From: Candidatus Saccharimonadota bacterium
GTDB taxonomy: Bacteria; Bacteroidota; Bacteroidia; Cytophagales; Amoebophilaceae
Reading direction: 5' to 3'
DNA length: 32,000 bases
Assembly (NCBI RefSeq): GCF_936981045.1
Contig: NZ_OW441264.1
Span: 1,105,203 to 1,137,202 of the forward strand
Shown here: piece by piece, positions 1-7,585 of the stretch
Position numbering within the stretch: position 1 is the first letter of the stretch
Layout: each line of letters starts with the position of its first letter
Notes under the pieces: generated by a model
Told to the model about the DNA's origin: nothing
The model's input: the letters and a program-made list of their open reading frames with translations, nothing else
Databases searched by the model: none
Made by a program: the position numbers and the translations under genes

Positions 1-333
1 GATCGAAAGATTCTATTTCTCCATAAATTGGTGGCTGGAGGTAGTGCGCATAGCTTTGGCATTCATGTTGCTCAAATGGCTGGTATGCCCTCTATGATTT
101 TGGAAAGGGCCAGGGAAGTATTGGCGCACCTATCGCAAGTAGGCGGTAAGATGCATGCAAAGATAGAAGCGTTTCCAAAAGGGCAATATCAGCTCAAACT
201 TTTTGGTCCAGATGAGGACTTAAGTGGCCTCAAAGCACTCTTAGAAGCTATTGATATCAGTGCCCTTTCTCCAATAGAAGCCTTGTTAAAATTGAATGAC
301 CTCAAAAATATGGTTAAAGGTTTTAAAAGCTAG
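1..333 (+). CDS. mutS: DNA mismatch repair protein MutS, C-terminal end (5' partial, runs off window start)
   Basis: Frame 1 is open from base 1 (DRKILFLHKLVAGGSAHSFGIHVAQMAGMP...). This matches the conserved MutS C-terminal block FLHKLxxGxxxxSxGIxVAxxAGxP. Stop codon at 331-333. Confidence 0.8.
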   Translation, partial: DRKILFLHKLVAGGSAHSFGIHVAQMAGMPSMILERAREVLAHLSQVGGKMHAKIEAFPKGQYQLKLFGPDEDLSGLKALLEAIDISALSPIEALLKLNDLKNMVKGFKS

Positions 334-404
334 CCACAAAAGTGGATAACTATTTTGAAAACAAAGAATCTTTAAGTAAATTCGACCTATTATGTAGTGT
401 ATAA

Positions 405-477
<73 letters not shown>

Positions 478-584
478 CGTCTGATCTATTTGGGTAAACC
501 ATCAACTATTTCTTGCTATTACTAGTAGTTGAGCGGATGGTGCACTTATTTTTGTGTGTGCTGTCTTCACAGCCATGCAGCTTT

Positions 585-667
585 GCCAGGATGGTGGAAC
601 TGGTATACACGCAAGACTTAAAATCTTGTGGCTTTTGGCCATGCGGGTTCGATTCCCGCTCCTGGTA
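585..667 (+). tRNA. tRNA-Leu (anticodon TAA), long variable arm
   Basis: Acceptor GCCAGGA/TCCTGGT, anticodon stem CAAGA/TCTTG with loop CTTAAAA, variable arm TGGCTTTTGGCCA, T-arm GCGGG-TTCGATT-CCCGC. Close to canonical bacterial tRNA-Leu(UAA). Confidence 0.9.
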
Positions 668-697
668 CACATTCTACTCTTTTTGCTTGTTGTATTG

Positions 698-982
698 ATG
701 GACTTTTGCGCTATTTCCTTTTTAGATGTTGTGTCATGCATCGCTTCATCTACAGCAGTACTTTCTCTTCTTCCGCAGATTATACAGTCATATAGAACCA
801 AATCTGTTCATGATGTTTCCATGTTGATGCTCTTAAACCTAACCGTTTCTTCGGTCAGCTGGACCCTTTATGGAGCAATGACCGCTGATAAACCATTGTT
901 GCTAACCAATTTGTTGCTCACAATTGGTTCTTTGATTATGGTGTGGCTCAAACGAAAATACTGTTCAGCTGAACGTCCATAA
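698..982 (+). CDS. SemiSWEET / PQ-loop (MtN3-like) small membrane transporter
   Basis: About 94 aa with three predicted TM segments and the PQ motif (LLPQIIQSYRTKS). I placed the start at the internal ATG at 698 because the longer ORF (554..) overlaps tRNA-Leu. Confidence 0.7.
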   Translation: MDFCAISFLDVVSCIASSTAVLSLLPQIIQSYRTKSVHDVSMLMLLNLTVSSVSWTLYGAMTADKPLLLTNLLLTIGSLIMVWLKRKYCSAERP

Positions 983-1005
983 GGACTTTGTATGCTACTT
1001 TTTAC

Positions 1006-1162
1006 CTATCTATTGAGCGGTACGGCCATGCAAAAAAATAAAAAAGCGCCCCTTGTAAAAAGTTGCTCAACTTCTTGTACAGGGCTTGACTTTTTGCACA
1101 CTTTTTGATCAAGAAAAAAGTGTGCTATAAATGCCTTTTTTACCACTGACTTGAATGGATAC
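1006..1162. repeat. Short (157-bp) member of palindromic MITE-like family B; core hairpin sits between convergent genes like a bidirectional terminator
   Basis: Aligns end to end with the reverse complement of 25099-25351 but lacks that copy's ~100-bp inner hairpin module. GC-rich core GCGCCCCTTGTAAAAAGTTG..CAACTTCTTGTACAGGGC is flanked by A/T tracts. Flanks are ACTTTTTA / ACTTTTTG (7/8). Confidence 0.65.
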
Positions 1163-1255
1163 ACTTTTTGTTTGATCAAAAAGTAACATACACAACCCTT
1201 CTATTTATTTACTTACCTGCACTTTATGTGCATCTGCAAGTTCTGCTTCATGTTT

Positions 1256-2704
1256 TTACTCAGCTGCTGCTTTTAACTTTGCTAGAGTTCGAACAGCTAT
1301 TAACCAAAGCACAATCACAGCTATGATCATGAGCACAATTGGCGTACGAATATTTGCAATATTCCCACCACCCACTAAGGTGGCCATACCTGTAACCAAT
1401 ACAGATGCTAAACTCTTTCCCAAACGAGAACCTACCCCATCTACAGCTGCTTTTCCACGCACTTTAGTTTCTTCATCTAATGGAATATACACCGCTTCTT
1501 TGGTGGGATCAAAAAGGACATATTTAACCGACTTAATCAACACCACATTGTAGAGACCTACTTGAACAGAGAGATGCAAAGCCGTGAGATTAAAGCTCTT
1601 TAAAAAATTATCCAAAACATCACCAAATCGAAGGAAGGTGAAAAATAAGGCTGTCATCACCAATGCCGTAACGGGTGTGGCAGATGCAGCAAAACGCCAT
1701 CCTCTTTTTCGTATAGGTGTGGCAAGGAAAAGTGTTACTAAAATAGAGATGATCCCTACTGCAACTTGTTGATCTGAGTATATACTTGCCAAAATGGTAT
1801 CATCCCCAGCAACCTTTACATATTGCTTAATTTGCTCTTTTTGTACGGCTTCAAAAAGCGCAATCACTAATCCGTAACCAATTACCAATATGGAAAGCAA
1901 CGTCAAATACCTAGAGCGAGCTAGGAACTTTATAGAATCCATAAAAGACATTTTTACCTTTGCTTTTTTAGGCTTTTGTTCAATCTGATAGTAGGCTGGA
2001 TTCGCTTTTATATCTGAAGTAAAGTAGTTGTACACTACTAGAATCAAAATAATCGCTGTAATCACAAACTGTAAACCCTGATCGAAGTTGGTACGCACAC
2101 TATCCAGCTTAAGAATGAGTCCAGCCAAGATGCTGCCAACGGCAGCAAACATACTTAAGAAGCTGTAAAATCTTTTAGCTTGATTTACAGTAGTAATCTC
2201 ATTTACAAAGGTCCAAAATACTACACTTAATGCAAAAGTTCCCCAAGCTTCAGCATGGATATAGAAGAGGGAAATAGGCCAATGGCAAATAGCTCCCCAC
2301 AGTCCTATAAGGCTTGGAAATTTTGCTTCAAGCATTTTAGAGAGGCTATTTAGTTGCAATAACTCTTTTTTAGGGAGCAAAAAAACCAATGAAAGGGTAA
2401 AAAAGGCAAGAAAGTAAATCATAACTGCATTGAACCTTCCATCCCTTCCTGTAGCACGACTCACTTTTCCATAAAGAATGGTAAAGAAAATCATACTAGG
2501 CGTGATGGCTACTGCTTTTAACCAGTAAATAGCTGTAACATTTATTTCTTTAATGAGATTCATATCTTTAAGGGAGCGTGTAAGCGCGTAACAGAAAGAT
2601 ATAAGAATAAATATAAAGGCCATTGGCAAAAATTTACGTAGCTCACTTTTGTGAATGGGAAATACGATCCCACGTGTGTCACCAAATTCTTTTTTCATGC
2701 TCAT
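1256..2704 (-). CDS. tlc: ATP/ADP translocase (Tlc/NTT nucleotide transport protein)
   Basis: 482-aa polytopic membrane protein with the family block WGTFALSVVFWTFVNEITTVNQAKRFY, typical of Rickettsia/Chlamydia-type nucleotide antiporters. Confidence 0.9.
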   Translation of the reverse strand: MSMKKEFGDTRGIVFPIHKSELRKFLPMAFIFILISFCYALTRSLKDMNLIKEINVTAIYWLKAVAITPSMIFFTILYGKVSRATGRDGRFNAVMIYFLAFFTLSLVFLLPKKELLQLNSLSKMLEAKFPSLIGLWGAICHWPISLFYIHAEAWGTFALSVVFWTFVNEITTVNQAKRFYSFLSMFAAVGSILAGLILKLDSVRTNFDQGLQFVITAIILILVVYNYFTSDIKANPAYYQIEQKPKKAKVKMSFMDSIKFLARSRYLTLLSILVIGYGLVIALFEAVQKEQIKQYVKVAGDDTILASIYSDQQVAVGIISILVTLFLATPIRKRGWRFAASATPVTALVMTALFFTFLRFGDVLDNFLKSFNLTALHLSVQVGLYNVVLIKSVKYVLFDPTKEAVYIPLDEETKVRGKAAVDGVGSRLGKSLASVLVTGMATLVGGGNIANIRTPIVLMIIAVIVLWLIAVRTLAKLKAAAE

Positions 2705-2811
2705 TGTGTTTTTAATTTAGTTAAAATATAAAGTATAAAATAAAATGATAGGTCAATCATATACTTTATAGTGTTATGAAATGCTTTTGGAAAATATTAA
2801 TCATGCTGTTT

Positions 2812-3453
2812 TCATAGTTGTTCTGAATTTAGGGTTAGGTAGTTGCATACGCCCTCAGGGGTAGCTTCCATAGCCATATCGCCTTTTGCCCAGTTAGCTG
2901 GACAAACCTCTCCAAATTTGACGACATGTTGCCACATATCAATAATGCGTAGTATTTCATTAATATTTCTACCTAATGGCAAATCATTAATGGCCATATA
3001 ACGTATGATACCTTCTTTATCAATTAAAAAAGTTCCACGATACGCTACAGGAATACCCGTGAAAATCAACTGGTTATGTTCATTATAGCTCCAGTTGCCT
3101 CCTAATACACCATAGTTGGAAGCAATGGCCTTACTGGTATCTGCAACCAATGGATAGGTTAGGCCAGCAATGCCCCCTTTTGTTTTGGGTGTATGTAACC
3201 AAGCCACATGCGTTTCTTCTGTATCGGTAGAGCAACCTACCAGTGCTACGTTGCGTTCTATAAGTTGGGGTAAATGTTGTTGGAAGGACAATAATTCAGT
3301 GGGACAAACAAAAGTGAAATCTTTTGGGTAAAAGAAAAAGAGTACTTCTTTTTTTCCTAAAAACTGCTCCAGTGAAAAGTCAGTTGTGACGTTTCCACCA
3401 TCTACGACAGCAGGCGCCTTAAAAATAGGGGCCTTTGTTCCTAATAAATGCAC
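2812..3453 (-). CDS. 2-Cys peroxiredoxin (AhpC/TSA family)
   Basis: Peroxidatic Cys motif FYPKDFTFVCPTE and resolving Cys motif GEVCPANW. Confidence 0.9.
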   Translation of the reverse strand: MHLLGTKAPIFKAPAVVDGGNVTTDFSLEQFLGKKEVLFFFYPKDFTFVCPTELLSFQQHLPQLIERNVALVGCSTDTEETHVAWLHTPKTKGGIAGLTYPLVADTSKAIASNYGVLGGNWSYNEHNQLIFTGIPVAYRGTFLIDKEGIIRYMAINDLPLGRNINEILRIIDMWQHVVKFGEVCPANWAKGDMAMEATPEGVCNYLTLNSEQL

Positions 3454-3631
3454 GGTATATACGAATAATTAAAAAATAAAATGCGCCGTCTATGCTTCTA
3501 ACCTTATCATTTTTAGAAGCTTAGATGAGGCTAAGCCTTACACTGCAAATTTATACTTTTTTTAATAAATCCTAATAGTACCATACCTTTAAATTAAGAA
3601 ATAAAGATTGGTTTACCATATCCTACTCTAG

Positions 3632-3870
3632 GCATCTAATAGCCATTCCTATCAAAAAGACCCTGCATTGTAGAAAATTGCAACTGGCAGGTCTACGCTG
3701 AAAGCTGAGCAGAAAATCAGTTTAATGGGGCCGCGAGGCGGCTGCTGATTTCCCAGCTTTCAGCGTAAACTTACAACAGCTTTTTGCACAGCGCTTGATT
3801 TTTTGCTTGTTTTTTGATCCAGCAAAAAGTAGCATAGCACTTCCTTTTAATCCGTCAAAAAGTAAGATCA
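3632..3870. repeat. Diverged ~240-bp member of palindromic repeat family B, with the long inner hairpin
   Basis: Same module order as rc(25099-25351): end GCATCTAATAGCC, an arm, a 13-bp perfect stem ACGCTGAAAGCTG/CAGCTTTCAGCGT (3695-3766), TTTTTGCACAGCGCTTGATTTTTT, then a second small hairpin. No target-site duplication (TSD) is visible. Confidence 0.5.
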
Positions 3871-3883
3871 AAACGTCTTATGT

Positions 3884-4228
3884 TTAAAACGGTAAATCAT
3901 CTTCTACATCGGCAGGAGATGGATTGGATGGAGGTGATTCGTTTAATTTATTGCCTTTTTCTAAACGCCATGCTTGCAACGCATTAAAGTATTTTACGAC
4001 TCCTTCTGGATTGGTCCATTTTCTACCCCGTAGATTGAAATGAACGGTTATCTCTTCTTGCTCCATGAATCCATCTAGTAGATCACATTTGTCCTGAATC
4101 AACTCAAAGGAGATGTATTCTGGATATTGTGGATTCTCTACATATTCTACCACAAAATTTCTTTTTTTAAATGATTCAGACACTTGCTGTGGCGGACTAA
4201 TTTCAAATAATCTTCCAGTTATATGCAT
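3884..4228 (-). CDS. DUF3127 domain protein (OB-fold-like) with SSB-type acidic C-terminal tip
   Basis: Small Bacteroidota family pattern (ITGRL..ISP.Q.VSESFKKRNFVVE....QYPEYISFEL..DKCDLL...VHFNLRGRKW). Low-complexity linker, then C-terminal EDDLPF. Confidence 0.65.
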   Translation of the reverse strand: MHITGRLFEISPPQQVSESFKKRNFVVEYVENPQYPEYISFELIQDKCDLLDGFMEQEEITVHFNLRGRKWTNPEGVVKYFNALQAWRLEKGNKLNESPPSNPSPADVEDDLPF

Positions 4229-4322
4229 GGTATGTATGGGTTTAGTGAAATAAAAATGATACGTCTCTCAAACAGACTGGATGATCCAGATCGCTTCTTT
4301 ATGCAGTCTACTAGTGATTATC

Positions 4323-5159
4323 TTAATTATTTTTGGAAAATACAAAAGCAACTAAGAATAATAGCCCTGCTATGGTAACCATTGTAGCCGCCATAGAGCT
4401 ATTCAACCAGAAACTGATATAATATCCGCTAATAGACGTTAATATAGCAAAGAGTATATTGTAAAATAACAAACGTTTAAGACATTTTGTAACCAAATAG
4501 ATGCTTGCAGCTGGAACAATTAAAAGGGCCACCACTAAAATCGCTCCTGCTACTTCAAATGCAGAAACGGTTGTCAATGAGGTTATGGCCATTAAGCAAT
4601 AGTGCCAACGGGTCGTGTGCACGCCAATGCTTTGGGCAAATTGTGGATCAAAGGTGCTTACAAATAGCTGTTTATAGCCCATGATCAAAAAGGTTACATT
4701 GACGCTTAAAGCGGTTAATAAAATGTAAAATGCTTTGGGTCCTAGGTTGATGCCACTAGCTGTACGCCACAAATCTAATGGAACAGTTGCCAATTCCCCA
4801 TATAAACTGCATTCGGGGTCTAAGTCTATTTTTCTGCTAAAAAAAGAGATTAAAATGACCCCTAAAGCGAAGAGAAAGGTGAAATTGATCCCTATGGCCG
4901 CATCTGCTTGTATGCTTATTTTTTTTTCTAAAAATGCGATTAGGAAGGTGACCAATAGGCCTGTTATACCCGCTCCAGCGATGAGTACAGGGGAATTTTT
5001 AGATCCAGTGATCAGGAGGGCCAATACAATGCCTGGTAGTGTAGAATGCGCAATGGCATCTCCCATCATGGCTATTTTCCGCAATACCAAATAGGTACCT
5101 ACTAAGGCACAATTTATACTGGCGAGTGCAGCAATAATAATGGTCCAGAGTACATCCAT
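4323..5159 (-). CDS. Metal (Mn/Zn/Fe) ABC transporter permease, ABC-3 family
   Basis: 278-aa polytopic protein with ZnuB/MntB/TroC-like blocks (MMGDAIAHSTLPGIVLA, FDPQFAQSIGV). Starts 3 bp after the hisS stop. Confidence 0.85.
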   Translation of the reverse strand: MDVLWTIIIAALASINCALVGTYLVLRKIAMMGDAIAHSTLPGIVLALLITGSKNSPVLIAGAGITGLLVTFLIAFLEKKISIQADAAIGINFTFLFALGVILISFFSRKIDLDPECSLYGELATVPLDLWRTASGINLGPKAFYILLTALSVNVTFLIMGYKQLFVSTFDPQFAQSIGVHTTRWHYCLMAITSLTTVSAFEVAGAILVVALLIVPAASIYLVTKCLKRLLFYNILFAILTSISGYYISFWLNSSMAATMVTIAGLLFLVAFVFSKNN

Positions 5160-5161
5160 AG

Positions 5162-6535
5162 CTAAGATCTTGCGACTAAGGCTGCCCTTAATAGGCCACA
5201 GAGATCAGACCAACTATAACTATTTTGTGCGCCTGTTTGCATATTTTTTAGTGTGTAATGGTTCATAGCACATTCTGTTGCTCCTAGTATAATCACAAAA
5301 GGGATATTTTTTTTATGGGCATAGCTTAATTGTTTTTTGATTTTTACCTGATCAGGGTATAGTTCTGCCTTAAATCCATCTACACGCAACTGATTTAATA
5401 GATGAAGCAGTTGCATTTCTACTTTTGCTTCGATGTTGGTTAACAATACCTCTGTTGTGTAGGTGGTAATAGATTCAAAGCGATTTTGCGTCTCCATAAG
5501 GTCGTACAGCCTATCTATCCCAAAAGAAAATCCTACGCCAACCAATCCAGTTGTCCCGAATAGATCTCCAAGATGTTCATACCTGCCCCCTCCACCTAGG
5601 CTTCCTATAGGTGTATGGGCTACGGTTAATTCCATAATGAGCCCGGTGTAATAGGCCAAGCCTCGTGCTAAGGTTGGTTCAATACAACATATGCCATCTG
5701 GTAAACCAAGACCATGGGCTTGTGTGAGTATGCCTGTCAAGGCTTCTATTGCCTTGGATCCTTGATCTGTGTGACCAATAGCTGCTTGTAATTGCATCAA
5801 AAGTTCACTATTGTTCCCTTTAAAGTTTTGCAATAGAGCCAGTGATGCAATGGTTTGGCTGCTAAAGTCTGCTGCTTGTAAGGCAGTCATAACTTTTTCA
5901 AGACCCATTTTCTCTAATTTATCTACAATGGTACAAAATACCTTTTCTTTTTCAGGGTCAGCAATAGCGGATAGTATTCCTCTATGGTTGATTTTGATGC
6001 AGAAATCTCGTATCTGCAACTCGGTAGATACGTCATAAATTAATTTTAAAATTTCCGCTTCACATAATAAAGCGCTACTTCCAATAATATCCGCATCACA
6101 CTGTAAAAACTCTCTATAGCGACCTCTTTGAGGCCTGTCTGCCCGCCATACGGGTTGCATTTGGTAGCGTCTAAATGGGAAGCATATTTGATGTTGGTTC
6201 GCTACAATATACCGCATTAAGGGCACGGTTAAATCATAGCGCAGCCCTTTGTCACTGATCAGCGGTTTCAGTTTTTTGTAATCTATGGCGTTTATACCTG
6301 ACTCCATTCCTTCTAGGAAGTTACCAGATTTAAGTACGTTAAACATCAATTGCTCTCCTTCCTGGCCATATTTTTCTGTAAGGGTAGCACGCTGTTCCAG
6401 TGCAGGGGTCTCCAGTGGCTCAAAACCATAGCGTGCATAGATAGATTGTATAATGGAAAACATATAATTGCGCCGGTAGACCTGCAGGGTGCTGTAGTCG
6501 CGCATACCTTTTACAAGACTGGGTAATAGGGCCAT
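5162..6535 (-). CDS. hisS: Histidine--tRNA ligase
   Basis: Class II aaRS motifs: VKGMRDY, RYxxxQPVWRADRPQRGRYREFxQCD, ARGLAYYTG, GGGRYxxL. Plus a C-terminal anticodon-binding domain. Confidence 0.95.
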   Translation of the reverse strand: MALLPSLVKGMRDYSTLQVYRRNYMFSIIQSIYARYGFEPLETPALEQRATLTEKYGQEGEQLMFNVLKSGNFLEGMESGINAIDYKKLKPLISDKGLRYDLTVPLMRYIVANQHQICFPFRRYQMQPVWRADRPQRGRYREFLQCDADIIGSSALLCEAEILKLIYDVSTELQIRDFCIKINHRGILSAIADPEKEKVFCTIVDKLEKMGLEKVMTALQAADFSSQTIASLALLQNFKGNNSELLMQLQAAIGHTDQGSKAIEALTGILTQAHGLGLPDGICCIEPTLARGLAYYTGLIMELTVAHTPIGSLGGGGRYEHLGDLFGTTGLVGVGFSFGIDRLYDLMETQNRFESITTYTTEVLLTNIEAKVEMQLLHLLNQLRVDGFKAELYPDQVKIKKQLSYAHKKNIPFVIILGATECAMNHYTLKNMQTGAQNSYSWSDLCGLLRAALVARS

Positions 6536-6704
6536 CTACTTTTGCGAATGGGTGAAAGATAGGTTTCCATTTGGACCTACAACAGCTGCTAATTTACAGG
6601 ATCATTGGATGATTCACAATAGTTGATCAACCATTGATGGGCGGGCCATTTAAACGAAATACCCCTACAATGATTTTGCCATAACATAAAATTATGATAA
6701 ACTT

Positions 6705-6722
6705 GGTTCTGTCGCGTCTATA
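6705..6722 (+). mobile_element. Solo IS6-type terminus (IRR-like), no transposase attached
   Basis: GGTTCTGTCGCGTCTATA is identical to the outer 18 nt of the IS6 IRR end. Similarity then decays (..TTTTCGTTAGTA vs ..GTTTTCTTAGTA). Confidence 0.55.
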
Positions 6723-6749
6723 TTTTCGTTAGTAACGTCTTTTCTTTTA

Positions 6750-6991
6750 AACGTGAGTTCGGGATTATATTATTTTTTCATTTGATAATCAATATTAATA
6801 AAAATTTATAAAATTTGTTTTATAGACAGTTAAATAGGTAGTTGAATAACAAATAATTCTGATAATCAGTTTATTATATATATTATATTTATAAAATTAG
6901 ATATAAAAACTTGTTAAATAGGTGCAAATATTAACTAAATAATTGATATTAAATTGTTGTAAATCAGTCAAATAAATCCTGAACTCACGTT
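6750..6991 (+). mobile_element. AT-rich MITE family A, copy 1 (IS982-type TIRs)
   Basis: TIRs AACGTGAGTTCGGGAT ... ATCCTGAACTCACGTT. Near-identical to 29041-29281 and to the reverse complement of 11924-12165 and 21701-21932. Confidence 0.85.
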
Positions 6992-7360
6992 CATTGTTTA
7001 CCCATTCCCTTCTCATCCCAAGGTACGTTCAGTTTTCCCGAATACGGCGGTCCGACAGTCTTCTTCATAAACCTTGCACAACTTTCTCAGGATACTTAAT
7101 CATTCCACTACCAATGTACAACATCCCCATTGTATAGAGTTTGCTATTGGGATAGCTTTGCCACCCACACCCACGGCCTTTTCTTCTATGGGTTAAGTAT
7201 CTGCGAAATCGGTTATTAATAAAGTCCTGCAATCTAACAAAAGCTTCACTGGAATTCATATGTTTAAAATAGTTAACCCATCCTAACACTACTGGTTTTA
7301 TTTGCTCGATGAATGCTTGAGGTTTGATTGGTGCTTTTCTACAAGTCAGGTATTTTAGTC
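6992..7360 (-). mobile_element. Group II intron 3' remnant (maturase C-terminus plus degenerate domain V-like hairpin)
   Basis: Maturase/X-domain ORF, followed on the minus strand by CCGUAU-UCGG-GAAAA-CUGA-AC-GUAC (about 7017-7054). This resembles domain V (AC bulge, GNRA-like loop), but the base of the stem is imperfect. The 5' side is cut by a solo IS6 terminus at 7361. Confidence 0.55.
7065..7358 (-). pseudogene. Group II intron reverse transcriptase/maturase, C-terminal fragment
   Basis: In-frame LKYLTCRKAPIKPQAFIEQIKPVVLGWVNYFKHMNSSEAFVRLQDFINNRFRRYL.. with the GWxNYF maturase signature. No RT domain lies upstream. Confidence 0.6.
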
Positions 7361-7377
7361 GGTTCTGTCGCGTCTAT
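7361..7377 (+). mobile_element. Solo IS6-type terminus (IRR-like)
   Basis: GGTTCTGTCGCGTCTAT is identical to the IS6 IRR end and abuts the truncated intron ORF. Confidence 0.55.
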
Positions 7378-7463
7378 TATACTGGACTGAAAAATTCGGA
7401 CAAAAAAGATGATAATTTGTTTCTGTATATTTTAGTTTAATGATATTAAAATAGAGCTATCTA

Positions 7464-7585
7464 ATGGTCAGAAATAAGATTAGAAATTTTAGTTCGGAAG
7501 AAAAGACTAAAATAGTATTCGCTTTACTAAAAGAAGATTGAACACTAGTTGAATTATCGTCCAAATAGGGAGTAACGAGTAAAAC
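7464..7585 (+). pseudogene. IS3-family OrfA-like fragment with in-frame stops
   Basis: MVRNKIRNFSSEEKTKIVFALLKED*TLVELSSK*GVTSKT resembles the HTH N-terminus of IS3 OrfA (..R.FS.EFK..IV......S..E...KYGV). It is cut by IS6 copy A. Confidence 0.4.

Noticed and set aside
554-697. N-terminal third of the 142-aa ORF 554..982
   Set aside because: It runs straight through tRNA-Leu (585-667). The SemiSWEET-like part begins at the internal ATG at 698, so only 698..982 is called.
502-801. 99-aa minus-strand ORF. Similar shadow ORFs occur at 513-698, 1323-1553, 1584-1772, 4735-5094, 5463-5651, 5811-6038, 9021-9203, 13107-13313, 13460-13648, 13800-14054, 14556-14744, 17779-17970, 18290-18604, 23701-23931, 25517-25765, 25883-26152, 27240-27428, 29784-29996 and 30174-30368.
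   Set aside because: All lie antisense to or out of frame within well-supported genes or tRNAs. They have low-complexity or compositionally odd translations and no recognisable motifs.
6750-6991. Similarity of the MITE-A terminus (..GAACTCACGTTA) to the inner part of the classical Tn3 38-bp IR (..AAACTCACGTTAAG, from memory)
   Set aside because: In Tn3 that segment is the inner end of the IR and GGGG is outermost. Here ACGTT is the outermost end and the match is only about 11 nt. The much longer match to the IS982-like IRL is the better explanation.
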